Below are positions 13,956-27,859 of a DNA stretch of 64,000 nt, one piece after another. The DNA lies in NCBI RefSeq assembly GCF_009914755.1, contig NC_060927.1; one strand, 5' to 3'. The notes below the pieces were generated by a model. It was not told the DNA's origin and searched no databases. It worked only from the letters and a program-made list of their open reading frames with translations. Every line of letters begins with the position of its first letter. Position 1 is the stretch's first letter. This DNA is from the human T2T-CHM13v2.0 reference genome, Homo sapiens. A program made the translations under genes and the position numbers.

Positions 13956-14254
13956 CAGTCATGAACTGCATATATGCCAGCGGTGCTGTAGATTGTAACA
14001 CTTTATTTTTACTGTACATTTTTTACTTTTAGATATGTTTAGATACACAAATACCGTTGTGTTACAGTGGTCTATAGTAGCATGCTGTACAAGTTTGCAG
14101 CCTATGAGCAATAGGCTATACCAGATAGTTTGGGTGTATGGTAGGCCATACCATCTAGGTTTGTGTAAGTACACTCTACGATGTTTGTACAATTACAGAA
14201 TTGCCTAAGGACACATTCTCAAATGTGTCGCCATCGTTGAGCAAACACAGCTCT
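13956..14254 (+). mobile_element. Tigger3a (MER7-type) DNA transposon
   Basis: Starts cagtcatg; gagcaataggctatacca, ccatctaggtttgtgtaagtacactcta. Confidence 0.88.
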
Positions 14255-14259
14255 ATTAA

Positions 14260-14838
14260 ATGAGAGTATAACGAACATCACAGGCAATCCGCTAAAAGAT
14301 TGTAAATCTCACTCTTGTACATAGCCAAGCAGATATAACCCATTACATATATGTTTTCAAGATAAAAAATAGTCTTTAAGTAAGAGCACTTGATAGTACT
14401 ATTTATCACATGTAGTTTATCCTAACTTTACCTGGCAATTGTGGTGACCACCTGTGTTAGCTTATTGACTTTATCTGGAGGAAAAACAGGCTTATCAGGT
14501 TTTCATGGCAGAAGGTAATTTTACAACTTAAAGCTTGGTATCCACTGACATTAGGTTTCTACCCTCCCAAGAAACTGGGAGATATGGGTGCTATCTCTCT
14601 TGATGTTTACATGTCAGAGAGATGTTTCAGGTCTTTGAGAAAGACATTATTGGGTCATAAAGTTGACAAAAGGCCAATCTAGTCTTCGAAAGGATTTATA
14701 TACATTTCAAAAAACAGAAAGTGTGTACTTATAAGTTTTAAAGTAAATGCCCAAAGAAAAAGGGAGAAAGGAAAATCTTTTCCTTATTTTCAACAGAGAA
14801 TTAAGCCCCTAGTTTTAAATTTGTATTTGGTCCTTACA
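14260..14838 (-). mobile_element. MER34-family (ERV1) solo LTR
   Basis: Reverse strand begins tgtaaggaccaaatacaaatt...ctgttgaaaataaggaaaag; internal ccctcccaagaaactgggagata, ttgagaaagacatt. Confidence 0.65.
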
Positions 14839-16774
14839 ATAGAATAGTAGAATCTATGTGTTTGACTTTTCTTAAAAACATTTTTATGATGATTTGCCAA
14901 TGTTTCCTTTAAAAAGTTTGTCCTGAGGAGTCATGCTGTGCTTTCTTCAATTTTATTTTTAATTCTCTCACTTGCCTCTCTGTAGGTCAAATAGAAAATA
15001 TATATATTTTAATAAGTTAAAAGTCAATTGATAAAATGTAATTTCTGATTCAAAATTTATCCTTCTGCTTTATAATTTATTTTCATTTAATCAGTGGATG
15101 TTTGATTTTAGCATGGTGAGAAAGAAGCTAATTTAAAAACTCAAATTGAAATCTCAGCATTGCACAGTGTTTGATCAGAGTCACATTAATCACAGTTCAT
15201 GTCAAATTTCTCAATGCTGTAAAGTATCATTCTGAATAATGACTTGCTCTCCAGGGTTCTTAGTTATTAAAATAGAAGTTGAGGAATGGGCTATAGCATT
15301 TCTATAATCATGGGTTTCACAGTATGCATTTTAGTAATAAAGATGAAGGAGTAAGATTTTTGATACTTTTTCAGAGTATTCTCATTCAATACACATGTAT
15401 CTTGAAATTATATTTGATCAAAAGTTGTTTGACTTGGGAACTATCTTCTGTTCAGAGCTTGTTTTCTTCTAATTACAATTAGCAGTTACTGATGCTACAA
15501 TATTCCTTTATGAAGCCAAGAACTGAACCAAAATACAAACAACATAAACTACCACTTGATGAGAAGAACTTCAAAGTCAAATTGCAAAAGGTGACTAAAA
15601 AAGGAGAGTACTTTCAGCCGTTTTCAAAATAATCTATGATATGTACTGGAAAACTTCTAATAATCCTTGTCATTTTACAAGTAAGTAGAGAGTAATAGAA
15701 AATTCACCCTTAATAGAAAAAATGTAATCATAGGATTAAATTTAAATCAATGACAAATTATAGTAATAAATGAACACTAGGTTGAATGTTTTGAAATCTT
15801 AGAGGTTTAAAATAGATAAATTCCTTTAAGTGAGCCAATTCTGTTTCCATTTATGAGTAGAAATTCAAAATAATGTTGATAATTTTTATATATACATTAA
15901 ATATCTTTTATTCCTAGACCAAAATTCATTTATGACCTTCAGAGATCGTATAAGTGCTTTTGAGAAAAGAATTTAAATATTATGTGGTCATATGGAGAAT
16001 GAAGTGCTTTTACTGTAAAAGGAAGCTATAACAATTTCCTGACTTCTATGCTATCAAATAATATTATAAATGTATATTTATTTTTATATGCCATTTTTTG
16101 AGACAGCTTAAATAGAATACTAAGTAACAATTTATATTGTAAATCACAAATACTTTGCTATTAAGAAATAATGTATATAATACTTGAATGATTTAGTATC
16201 TTTTTTAATAATATAGGATTTTCTTAAAGCTTTGTCTCTGAATAAGACTCTTTCAAAGTATTTTTAATCATCATTATGCTGTGTAATCCTCTGCAGTACT
16301 GAAATGGAATCTCATTTCATTATAAGCATATTAGTTTCTTAGAATCACACACAAAAATCTAATTTATAACACAACTACTTAGAATTTCATGGTTGGGAAA
16401 AATATATAGGACTTGTCTATGGAGTTATTTAGATATCTAGCAAATAAAATAATTTTATAAAAAGTACTCACATTTTGAATAACAATTTGGACAATGGAAA
16501 ATAAGTGAAAGAAAGCTAAAGTATTTTTAAAAATACCCTGTATACAGGTAGTTCATGCATAAAACAGAAATGTAATGGAATGATTTTGAATTTTTTGCAT
16601 TAACTATTTATACCTGCATTTATCTCTTACAAATCTCTACCATAGTCAGTAAACTCTGAGTACTAGAGAAAGAGAAGAGCTAAAATTAGAATAGAGATAA
16701 CAAGTTTATGCTGCAGTTCTGCTTTTCCTATGTATATTTTTAACTCATCAGGCTCATCATTGAATGACAATAAT

Positions 16775-18465
16775 AGTGTATATTATTATCGCATTTTTGA
16801 GGAAACTACATACTGTGTTCCATAGTGAGTGTACCATCCTACATTCCTATCAATCGTGTATAAGGGTTCTAATTTCTCCACATCCTCACTGACACTTGTT
16901 ATCTTTTTTTTTTTTTTATAATAGTCATCATAACAGATGAGAGGTGATAATTCATTGTGGTTTATATTTGCATTTTTCTGATGATTAGTGGTATTGAGTA
17001 TCTTTTCATGTAACTGTTGGACATTTGTATGTTTTCTTTGGAGAAATGTCTATTTAAGCCCTTTGCTCATTTTTAAATTAGGTTTTCTTTTCTTTTTCTT
17101 TTTTTTTCTTTTGCTATTGAGTTGTAGGATATCCTTACACATTCTGCTCATATAGTTTGAATATTAACCAAACCATGAGATAGATGGTGTGCAAATAGTT
17201 TCTCCCATTTCATATGATGTCTTTTTCATTCTTGATCATTTTCTTTCCTGTACAGAAGCTTTTCAATATGAAGTAGTCCCATTTATTTTGAGGGGTTTTG
17301 TTGTCTGCGTTATCAGTGTCAAATTCAGGAAATAATTGCCCAGACAAATGTCAAGAAATTTTTCCCTTGTGTTTTCTTTGAGAAGTTTTTCAGTTTCAGA
17401 TCTTACATTTGTCTTTAATACATTTTGAGTTGACTTTCATATATCGTGTAAGATAGGAGTCCAATTTCATCCTTTTGCATATGGAAATTCAGTTTCCCTA
17501 GCATTATTTGTTTAAGAGACTATAATTTTTCCCATGTATTCTTGGCACCCTTGTTGATCAACTGAAAATATTTACATCCATTTATTTCTAGGGTCTCTAT
17601 TTTGCTACATTGGTTTATATTTTTGTCTTTATACCAATATCATACTATTTAAATTACTGTAGCTTTGTAATATATTTTAAAGTAAGTAAGTGCAATGCCT
17701 CCAGCTTTTTCTTCTTTCCCAAGACTACTTTGGTTATTTGGAGTTTTTTGTGGTTCCATATGAATTTAAAAATTGGTTTTTCCTATTTCTGTGAAAAATG
17801 ACATTGAAATTTGATAGGATTATATTAAATCTGTAGATCACTTAAATAGTACAGATATTTTAATAATATTAATTCTTCCCAACAAACAACATGGGATGTT
17901 TTCCTTTTATTTGTGTTTAATTTCTTTCATCAGTGTTTAATAATGTTTTGTTTTTGTTTTTTATTTTTATGTTTTTTAGTCTTTAGGGTTTTCTATATAC
18001 AAGAACATGTCATCTGCAAACAGAGACATTTTAAATTCTTCTTTTCCAATATGGGTGCCTTTTATTGCCTAATTGCTGTAGCTAAGATTTCTAGTACTGA
18101 GTTGAATGGAAGTAGTAAGACTGAGCATTTTCATGTTGTTGCTGATTTTATAAGTTCCCTGACTTCCTACAACAGAACAGCTTTTATTTTTTCACAATTG
18201 AGTATAATGTTAGCTGTGGATTTCTTATATGTGGACTTTATGATGTTGTGGTACATTTCTTGTATACCCAATTCGTCAAGCATTTTTATCATGAAAAGGT
18301 GTAAAATGTTGTTGAATGCTTTTTCTACATCTGTGGATGACTGTGTAGTTTTTATCCTTCATGTTGTTAAAATGATGTAGCACATTTATTGATTGTCTTT
18401 TGAACAATCCTTGCTCCTTGGGATAAATCACACTTGATTACGGTGTATAATCTCTTTAATGTATT
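16775..18465 (-). mobile_element. L1MA/L1MB ORF2 3'-half fragment
   Basis: Antisense L1 motifs atttctccacatcctcac, ttggagaaatgtctatt, cagaagctttt, aatgcctccagcttt, catctgcaaacagagaca, gggataaatcacacttgat. Confidence 0.92.
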
Positions 18466-18489
18466 TCCATGAATTTTGTAAATCAAACT

Positions 18490-19360
18490 ACAATTAAGCT
18501 TTCATCTCTACCAGTACAACAAAACAGTCTTTGCCAACTCAGCAATGATCTTCACTTTGATATACCACGTTTCATTCTTAGTCTTTTATTACTTCTGTCA
18601 ATAGAATTTGATACAGTTGCCCACTTCCTCATTCTTCAAACACTTTTGCACATTTTCCTTGGTTCATTTCCTATATCATTAGTTGCTGTTTTTCTGTCTT
18701 CTTTGCTGTTCTCTTCTAACTTGTTTACTTTACAGTACCCAAGGTTCAACCTATGAACCCCTTCTCTTTTCTAGTGTCACTCACTGTTTCTTATTGACAT
18801 TGCTTTAAGTGTTGTCTTAAAGTTTTATGACTTTCTACTATACTTATCCAGCCCTGATATTATCCCTCATGTACAGACTGGTATATAAATTGTCGAGTTG
18901 ACATTTTCAGTCAGGTATACAAAAGCACCCAAGAACTAGCATTCAAAAGTTACCTTTTTATTTTCATGTCTTATATTGCAATTTTTGCAACCATATCCAT
19001 CTCAGAAAATGTAACTCAAATATTCTAATTGATAGAAATAAAAAATGTGGAATTACAGTGGGCTGGTCTCTTTCTTTCACATCACTTCTTAGTAAATATT
19101 GTAGGCCCACTTTAAAATGTATTCCAAATCAGAGTGATTTTCACTACCACTACAACCCTGGCCTAAGCTGCCATCATTCATATCTGTATTACTGCAATAA
19201 CTTTCTCACCTATCTCATTCCTTCTGCCCTTGTCCTCCTGTAGTGTATTCTTCATAGAGCAGTCTATCTGATTTAAATCTCATCATATCACCCCTCTGTC
19301 CAAAAGTCGTTAGTAGCTTTCATCATACTCAGAGGAAATAAAGTGTCTAACAAGGCTATA
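18490..19360 (+). mobile_element. L2 LINE fragment
   Basis: atttgatacagttgcccacttcctcattcttcaaacact, tattactgcaataactttctcac, tcatatcacccctctg. Confidence 0.75.
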
Positions 19361-19470
19361 TCAGTTCATTTCCTAGTGGCAACAGATGGCCTATTCAAAC
19401 TAGATAACTGAATCTATTTACAGAGGTCTGATTAGTGTTTATGGAGACCAACACAGTAGAAAGTGGTCTT

Positions 19471-19785
19471 GGCCAGTCGCAGTGGCTCACGCCTGTAATC
19501 CCAGCACTTTGGGAGGCTGAGATGGGTGGATCGCGAGGTCAGGAGTTTAATACCAGCCTGGCTAAGATGGTGAAACCCCATCTCTACTAAAAATACAAAA
19601 AAATTAGCCGGGTGTGGTGGCAGGTGCCTGTAATCCCAGCTACTGGGGAGACCGAGGCAGAGAATTGCTTGAACCCTGGAGGCTGAGGTTGCAGTGAGCC
19701 AAGATCACACCACTGCACTCCAGCCTGGGTGACAGAGCGAGATGCTGTCACAAAAAAAAAAAAAAAAGAAAGAAAAAGGAAAAAA
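19471..19785 (+). mobile_element. AluSg-like, full length
   Basis: ggatcgcgaggtcaggag (2-bp deletion form), ggctaagatggtgaaacccc, long A-tail; imperfect TSD agaaagt..gtctt. Confidence 0.96.
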
Positions 19786-19805
19786 GAAAGTACAGTCTTC
19801 TGGGT

Positions 19806-20115
19806 TTTGTAGGTGGAATTTTTTTAGAGAAGTAGATTCTGAGACTGAGTTTGGCATACAGGATGTTTATTAAGGAGTGCTCTCAGATCCAGGACCAACA
19901 GCTGTGGAAAAGAAAAAAAAGGAAAAAACCAACATTGGATAGAGATAAGATTCCAGCACAATGTGAGCTCAAGACAACCACAGCTAACCATGTGGTAGTA
20001 GCTCAGTAGCTAAAATCAGAGTTGCTTGAGTTATGCTGCCCCAGAGGAGGTGGAGGTGGGTAACGCATTCTTTGTCGAAGGGCAATCTGAGTGAAGCATT
20101 GCAGTTTCCACCATA
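19806..20115 (-). mobile_element. LTR16-family ERVL LTR fragment
   Basis: gaagtagattctgagactgagttt...caggatgtttattaaggagtgctctc...cagctgtggaa...gtttccaccata. Confidence 0.65.
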
Positions 20116-21016
20116 AAAGAAGGTCTAGGCCTGCCAGTTAATAAAAAGAAAGAATTACTTGTACCAAGAATGTGGAGATGTTTACTTTATAGTAGCTTAG
20201 TGTTTAGTAAAAGGATGCTATCATCCTAAGCCAAGCAATGGGATTAAGCCAGGACAAAAATATACTTATCTGCCTTTCCTTTAGCTTCTAGCCTCCAACA
20301 GGTACCCCCTCCCCACCCACCCATTGCTCAATCCAGATATCAAAACTGCCTGTTGAGGTAGTACATACAGGCTTGACTGCTGGTTTCTAAGACAAGATAG
20401 ACAAGGGTCGTGAGTAAATACAATAAAAAATAGAAGAATGTTTGCTTCTGGATCAGCATTTTTTAAAGATTTATTTTACCTTTACTGCTGCTATACCATA
20501 TTTCCTTCTAGAGTCCATCTGTTTCCAATTAGGAAAACAAAGTTTACATCAGATAGTTTCATAGAGAAAATACAGGGAACGAATTACAGATAGAAAAACT
20601 GAAAGTTCAAACTGGGGAAATTGAGGAAACGGTATTTGTAACTGTAGGAAGCTGCAACCTAAGACAGGAAGAATCAAATTACAAGGTGTTATTACTGGAG
20701 ACCAGAAGTTGGTGCCACCTATTATAGGCTTGATCCATTGTAGGGATGCCAGATTGGAGCTGGACCATAGAGATGACACAATTATTTTAGAGAAGCTGTC
20801 TAAATGGGTAGTGATGCTCTCTGCATTTTCCCTTCTCCTCCTCTGTAATATTCCTGAGCAAAAGCTCACAGGAAGACAAAGGGGAGGGGAATCTAGAAAA
20901 TGCAGAGGCAGAGAACTGACATAAGATAGAAAAAGAAAATTACCAGCCAATTCCTCTTCTCTCCTTTCTGACTTTACTTGCTTCTCTCAAAACAGCATCA
21001 TGACTAAAGCTTATGT

Positions 21017-21237
21017 TCCAGATCAGTTGCACCAGGATTCTTGCTCTGCCACTTACTAGTGTGAGCCCTAATGACCTATTTTAGCTACCTTACTTGCCAC
21101 TTATCTAGTAAATGGATATGGTAATAATACGACCTGCATACTAAAATGGCTATAGGAATTAAAAGAGAAAATGCACATAAAGTTCCTGAACAGTGTCAGG
21201 CATACAAACAATTTAATACATTCCAGCTGCTATTATT
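21017..21237 (+). mobile_element. MIR SINE
   Basis: tcttgctctgccacttactagtgtgag...gaattaaaagagaaaatgcacataaagt...agctgctattatt. Confidence 0.75.
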
Positions 21238-21357
21238 TTGTCCCTGTAAATGTTAAGATAAGTCTGAGAGAAGACCTAGTTTCTAAGGAGAAAAGATTGG
21301 GAAACAGCATTTGGATTCCAGGAAGGTTGCAGTTCTGATTATTTGTATAGTTTTTAG

Positions 21358-21524
21358 TAGTGTCTCAACTCTGATCTAGTATCACATCAGAATCATCTAG
21401 GGATCTTGTTAAAAATGAATATCTTGGGCAACATCAATTCCAAGTGTAATATAATGAATAGGGGCATAGAACATTTAACAAGTTTTTCAAGTAATACTAT
21501 GCACAAAAACTTAAGAAACAGTGC
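21358..21524. mobile_element. MER5A hAT DNA transposon
   Basis: cacatcagaatcatctagggatcttgttaaaaatg...tttaacaag...ttaagaaacagtgc. Confidence 0.7.
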
Positions 21525-24500
21525 CAAATGAACCCTGAGAAAACAACTCCCCCTTCCTTTTTATCTCCCATTTACTGAATGAGCTGCATATGGAGGTACT
21601 TGGATTTGTAAGTGATTGCATGGGCATCTCTTCCGGGATCCAGGTAACAGGTTTCACTATCAAGTCATCACAAATTTGGAACTGGTTTATGTTTGAACTT
21701 TGGTGCTTCTTGTAAATTTTTCTCTCCCCTTTGGCTATTTTCACTCTTACTGGAGACAACAAAAACAGCAATACCGTATTTGTGCTTTTCTTAATATCCA
21801 AGGGAGTGATAAAGTTGGTCAAGCTGACCTCACAATATTTTGATAGGTTTTGTTGCTGTTGTTTTTAAAAGAACACTGTTTTTAGAGAACAAGCATCTAA
21901 CCTATTTTACATGAAAACTCAAATATCACGGATTCACCAAAATCTTTAAAAAATACTCAAATCAAATGTGTCTGCTGAATTGTTGTGATTCTTTACTTCT
22001 TTGCAGGTACACAGCTTTTTCTTGTTTTAAAAAAATTTTATGTATCAAGTTTTTCTCACATGACACATAATCACAGAATTTCCACTCATTAAGCCTCATA
22101 CTTTATACTGTTAAAAATTAGTTTTTATAATTAAAACCCAGAAAAATTATACTGAAGAATGGAATACTTTTAAAAGTGTAAAATAGTATCTGTAATCTGA
22201 GGATGTGGTGTTTTCTTCTCAATCATATAATCCAGTGTTTTCTGTTCAATCCTAGATTTATAAAATAAGTATAGTGTTATTTATGTTGCTGCTTTAGTGC
22301 AGCAGGAATAAAGACCATTTCACGATGGGAAAAACTGAACATATTAGTGGAATGATTGACTCATGGGGTATCAGACATATCAAGTAAGCTAAAAGCAAGA
22401 TTAGTAAACAATGATTTCATTTCATGTTTTATTCAAGTTAAATCAAATTTATCATAATTGAAATAGTTTTACTGATTTCAGTCATTGAAATGACTCCCTG
22501 ATCACAGTCAAATTAAAAATATTCTATACAGTATGCACATTTATGAAACTCCCAAAGGATCCAACTTACACTTAATTTCTAGACTTCGCTCCACTGATTA
22601 TAACTTGTATATTTCCTTCATCTTCATGTGAAATAAGTTAGGAGTGGAATTATTTAGAGTTTATCACAATTTTTAGGCATACTTAGAACTTGTCTTAATC
22701 TATTGCATTTGTTTTTTTGTATCTGACATCCCACATAACATTGATGGCTCTCAGAATTTTTTTTTTTTAAGTATTTTCCATCTGGTGTACTTAGGCTTTG
22801 ACACAGACCCATAGAAATTTCCTGGTGAATAACAATATATATGACTTTAGTTGCTCCAAAGATCATGATTATTATTCCAGTTTCTCCTTCTTGTGGAATA
22901 ACAAGGAAAATTCAGCAAAATTATTACTTCTAAATGTGTTCCATAAACCATTGTTAAATCACCATGTCTCAACAGCCTGTCTTCTTTCAAAGTTTACACA
23001 CCATTTATTTAAAACACACCCGAAACACTCTCATCTACTACTGTCCAGGATAGTTGCTGACCTGCTAAAAAAAACTTTAGCACAACATTCATGTCTCCAT
23101 CCCAGTCTCTGTCTTTTCTTTGTTTACATCAACAGAAGAATTGATCATTTTAAAGTATGTTTGATATACATTGACTTCTTCCCCACTTATGAGTATTTCA
23201 TCTATTTCTTTTCAACTATCCTTAGATTGAAATAACACAAAATATTTTTAGATAGAACCAGTCTACTTCTAATATTTAAAATAACGTATGCTATAATTTC
23301 ATTTCTTCTACACTAAGCACACCATAGGCTCTTCTAAAAAAAAACCCACTGGTTGCTAATATTCCACAAAATTAAGTGAAAATTTTCTGACTGATATGGA
23401 GACTTATCTACAAACTGACCTAAATTTATCTTTCTAATCTGTGTCCCAATAATATAAATAATCTAGGAATTTATTTATAATTCCCAGACTGTAGTGGCCA
23501 TTTTATAGCCAATGCTTGCATATTGTTTTTGGCTGACATGTTCTCCTCTACCAAAAAAGGACTTACTCTTGTCTATGTTCTAATATTCTTTAAGAAAATA
23601 TTTAAATATGAGGATCCTATAGAGGATGTCTTAACAGCAAAATAAGTACTATTTACATTATTGTTGGAAGTAGTAATCGTATTTATAGGTAAGAAAAAGA
23701 ACATGAACAAATTTTCTGTTATTTAAGGCTGTTAAGAATGTTTACTATCTCTGGAACATAATAGATATTCTCCTCAAATATGTAAATTCAGATAACAATA
23801 AATGACATGAAGCAAATGATAACTAAAAATAAATATTTTTCTTTCCATTGCAATAGCTTTCCCACAGTTAGATCATCAGCAAATGTCACTTGGATCCCTA
23901 GCTAAATTGTTCTTCCCAGAAAATAGTTATCTCCACTATGGTAAGAGTTGTCGTTATAAAATTTAAAAACAATTATAGCATACCTTTAATAATTAAACAT
24001 TTAACATTTGAGTGATTTCACATTACTGAAATATGGATTCCAGTTTATGAATGTGGCTTCCAAGGCTTTGAGGATATTTTATACTATTTAACTCTTTTCC
24101 ACTCTTCTTTTTAATATCCACCCTTGAATTCTATCTCCATTTTCACCAGACATCTTGTAGTTATTCTAATATCTTATGTTCTTTCACTCCTGGCCTTGGC
24201 ACAGTTTATTTTCTTAATCTAGAAGATAATTTTCTATTCCCCCACAATATTTTTTGTTTAACTCATAATTTTTTAATTTTATTTCAAATGCTAGTCTAGA
24301 TATCACTTCATTTATGAATCCATTCCTTACTTTAGAAGCCATTCTAAGTACTACAGTAACACTGCACTTCCAGTGTTATAAATATCATACTCTTTAATAT
24401 TTGCTTATCTTCTTCCTCTGGTATAGTATTTGTTCACTCAGCCCGGGTAGCATACATCGAGTGTGCTTTGCTGATTCCTTATCACCCAAGATAATTTTAG

Positions 24501-24640
24501 GAACATTGTAATCCTCCAGTCAACCTTTGCTATATAAATGGATGTGGATTAGTGGATAAAGGTTTAAAATTCATGAAATTTTGGATTGTAGATTAAGCTT
24601 GAAAATTTGGGGAAGGGACTTCCCTTCTCCATATACACAT

Positions 24641-25065
24641 TGTATTACTCCTTTGTGTTGTTGTAAATACATATTTAAGGCTTAGTAATTTACAAAGAAA
24701 AGAGATTTATTCAGCTCACAGTTGTTCTGCAGGCTGTACAAGAAGCATGGTGCTGGTGTGTACATTGGGTGAGTGCCTCAAGCTGTTTCCACTCATGAAG
24801 AAATGGGAAGGGGAATCCATGCATGCAGAGATCACATGGTGAGAGAGGAAGTAAGAGAGAGAGAGGAAGTGCCAGGCTCTTTTGAACAACCAGCTCTCTT
24901 GGGAGCTAGTAGAGTGAGAACTCATTCATTACTGTGAGGACAGCACCAACACATTCATGAGGTCTCCACCTTGTAATCCAAACACTTCCCTCTAGGCCCT
25001 ACCGCTAACATTGAAGATTAAATTTCAGTGTGAAATTTGGAGGGACAAACATCCAAACTATAGCA
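24641..25065 (-). mobile_element. MSTB MaLR solo LTR
   Basis: tgtattactc...ttctgcaggctgtacaagaagcatgg...ggacaaacatccaaactatagca; 5-bp TSD cacat/cacaa. Confidence 0.93.
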
Positions 25066-26766
25066 CACAAACATAACTGAAAACATGTTTAATTAAATAT
25101 ATGGGACTTAAGTCAAGTGCCTATGGCGGAAAGAACTGTCAAATGGTTTGGAGTGTTAGGCTGTCAATAGTGATGCATATATCCCTAATAAAATCAAGAA
25201 AGAAGCCAAAATTTCACTAAGCCACAGCCCTTTTACAGAGAAGTTTGTATTAACCATTGGAAATAATCTGCTCTAAAAATCTAGATACTTTCATGTACAG
25301 GAATGCTGCAAGGGTAATTCCTTGTCCAGGAATGAAAAAGCAGAGAATACCTGGTGTTCCTGAACAAAGTAACTCTTCTTTACTCCAAGGAACCATGGCC
25401 CAATAAAGCTTACTAGAAAAGTAGGTTAAAAGAAAATAATGAAATAAAATAAAATAAAATATTAGAGAGTGTATTTGATAAGTACTAGAAAAATCTAAAG
25501 ATGGCAAATTTCATTAAGCATTCCAAGCATCTATGTCAAGGCATAGCTGAGAGGATCTCTGCTCTCAGAACTTTCTCTAAACTAATAGGCATAACTGTGT
25601 GTATGTGTTTTTCAGTTTTCTTATCATCCTGCTCAGACATCTTCATTCAAGCTTACCATGCATGAACAAGATTTGTTTATCAAACAACTTCCTTAATATA
25701 TCTAAGATCTGGAGGACTAGTAACCCATATATGATGTGTTGATACCCTCAACAGAATGCCTAGCTTGGTGTTTATTGTTGTAAAATTAATTGAATTTTTA
25801 TTCTTCTTTCTCAATATGTTTCTTTTTTTATTTATCTCAACTGGTTGCCTAAGTTTCTATTTTTTACTCTAACCTTCACCATCACAGTTCATTTATTTTC
25901 TGCCTAAAATATCAAATATCAATCACTGATGGTTTTTCAGCTGCATGTAAAGATACTTTCATCTGGTGGTGGCAACTGTGACAGGGGGCGGAGCCGCCTG
26001 GATCACACTTTGTCTGTGGAGGCAGTATTCTAAAATGTCAATTTATGAAAATCAGCAATCCTAAGAGGACTCATAGACCCTCTGAAGGAGGGAGACTGCT
26101 CCTGCAGGACCCAGGAGACACCACAAATACTGTGAGTGCCCCAACGGTGGAAGTGGGTAAGGGAGAGCCTCCTCTCCCGAACACACACACCCACTGGAGA
26201 AACTGAAGAAGTCACAGCAATACCTGCCCAAGGAGAGTCTGAGCTCAGACACACTGAGCCCTGTCCCCTCCTGATGATCCTTCCCTACCCACCCTGGTAG
26301 TGGAAGACAAAGGGCATATAATCTTGAGAGTTCTAGGGCCCCACCCAACACTGGTTCCTCTCCATACTACCACAGCTGATGCTTTCTGGAAAGTGCCAAC
26401 TCCCAGCAAGATGCCAACCAGCACAAAAATGGAGCTTTAAACCGCCAAAGCTAAGAACGCTCATGGAGTCTATTAACCCCCCCTCTCCCCACCACTTCCA
26501 CTTGAACAGGTGCTGGTATCCACAGCTGAGAGACCCATAGAAGGCTCACATCACAGGACTCTGCAGACAACCCCCAGTACCAGCCTGGAGGCAGGTAGAC
26601 CTTCTTGGTGGCTAGACACAGAAGAGAGATAACAATCACTGCAGCTTGGCTCACAGGAAGCCACACCATAGGAAAAGGGGGTACATCAAAGGAAGACCCT
26701 GTGGGACAAAAGAATCTAAACAACAGCCTTCAGCCCTAGACCTTCCCTCTGACAGAGCCTACCCAA

Positions 26767-27777
26767 ATGAGAAGGAACCAGAAAACCAACTCTGGTAATA
26801 TGACAAAACAAGGCTCATTAACACCCCCAATATCACACTAGCTCACCAGCAATGTATCCAAACCAAGAAGAGATCTCTGATTTATCTGAAAACAGTTCAG
26901 GAGGTTAGTTACTAAGCTAATCAGGGAGGCACCAGAGAAAGGCAAAGCCCAATGCAAGGAAATCAAAAAAATAATACAGAAGTGAAGGGAGAAATATTCA
27001 AGGAAATAGATGATAGCTTAAAGAAAAAAAAATTCAGGAAACATTGGACACACTTATAGAAATGCAAAATGCTTTGGAAAGTTCTCAGTAATAGAATTGA
27101 ATAAGTAGAAGAAAGAAATTCAGAGCTCAAAGACAAGATCTTTGAATTAACCCAATCCAACAAAGACAAAGAAAAAAAGAATAAGAAAATATGAACAAAG
27201 ACTCCAAGAAGTCTGGGATTATGTTAAATGATCAAACCTAAGAATAATTGGTGTTCCTGAGGAAGAAGAGAATTCTAAAAGCTTGGAAAACATATTTGGG
27301 GGAATAATCCAGGAAAACTTCCCTGGTCTTGTTGAAGACTTAGAAATCCAAATATAATAAGCACAAAAAACACCCGGGAAAATCATCACAAAAAGATCAT
27401 TGCCTAGGCACATTGTGATCAGGTTATCCAAAGTTAAGATGAAGGAAAGAATCTTAAGAGCTGTGAGGCAAAAGCACCAGGTAACCTATAAAGGAAAACC
27501 TATGAGATTAACAGCAGATTTCTCAGCAGAAACCCTACAAGCTAGAAAGGATTGGATGCCTATCTTCAGCCTCCTCAACCAAAACAATTATCAGCCAAGA
27601 ATTTTGTATCCAGCAAACTAAGCATCATATATTGAGGAAAGATAGTCTTATTCAGACAAACAAATGCTGAGAGAATTTGCCATTACCTAGCCACCACTAC
27701 GGGAACTACTAAAAGGAGCTCTAAATCTTGAAACAAATCCTGGAAACACATCAAAACAGAATCTCTTTAATGTGTAA
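26767..27777 (+). pseudogene. Disrupted L1 ORF1p (RNA-binding protein) remnant
   Basis: Start atgagaaggaaccagaaaacc; ORF 27400-27621 reads PRHIVIRLSKVKMKERILRAVRQKHQVTYKGKPMRLTADFSAETLQAR (ORF1p C-terminal part); multiple stops/frameshifts. Confidence 0.88.
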
Positions 27778-27859
27778 ATCACACAGAACCTATAAAATGA
27801 AAATACAAGTTAAGCAAAAACAAAAAACAAAAACAAAGTAGCAGGCAACAAATAACACA

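Noticed and set aside
17913-18380. 155-aa hydrophobic ORF resembling a membrane protein
   Set aside because: Antisense frame of a T-rich L1 fragment.
20549-23235. ORFs of 133, 103 and 145 aa in mostly unique DNA
   Set aside because: Non-ATG starts, no recognisable domain, no coherent exon structure; compatible with chance.
25975-25995. Possible CTCF site (gacagggggcgg)
   Set aside because: Lacks the 5' CC of the core; kept only as a GC box.
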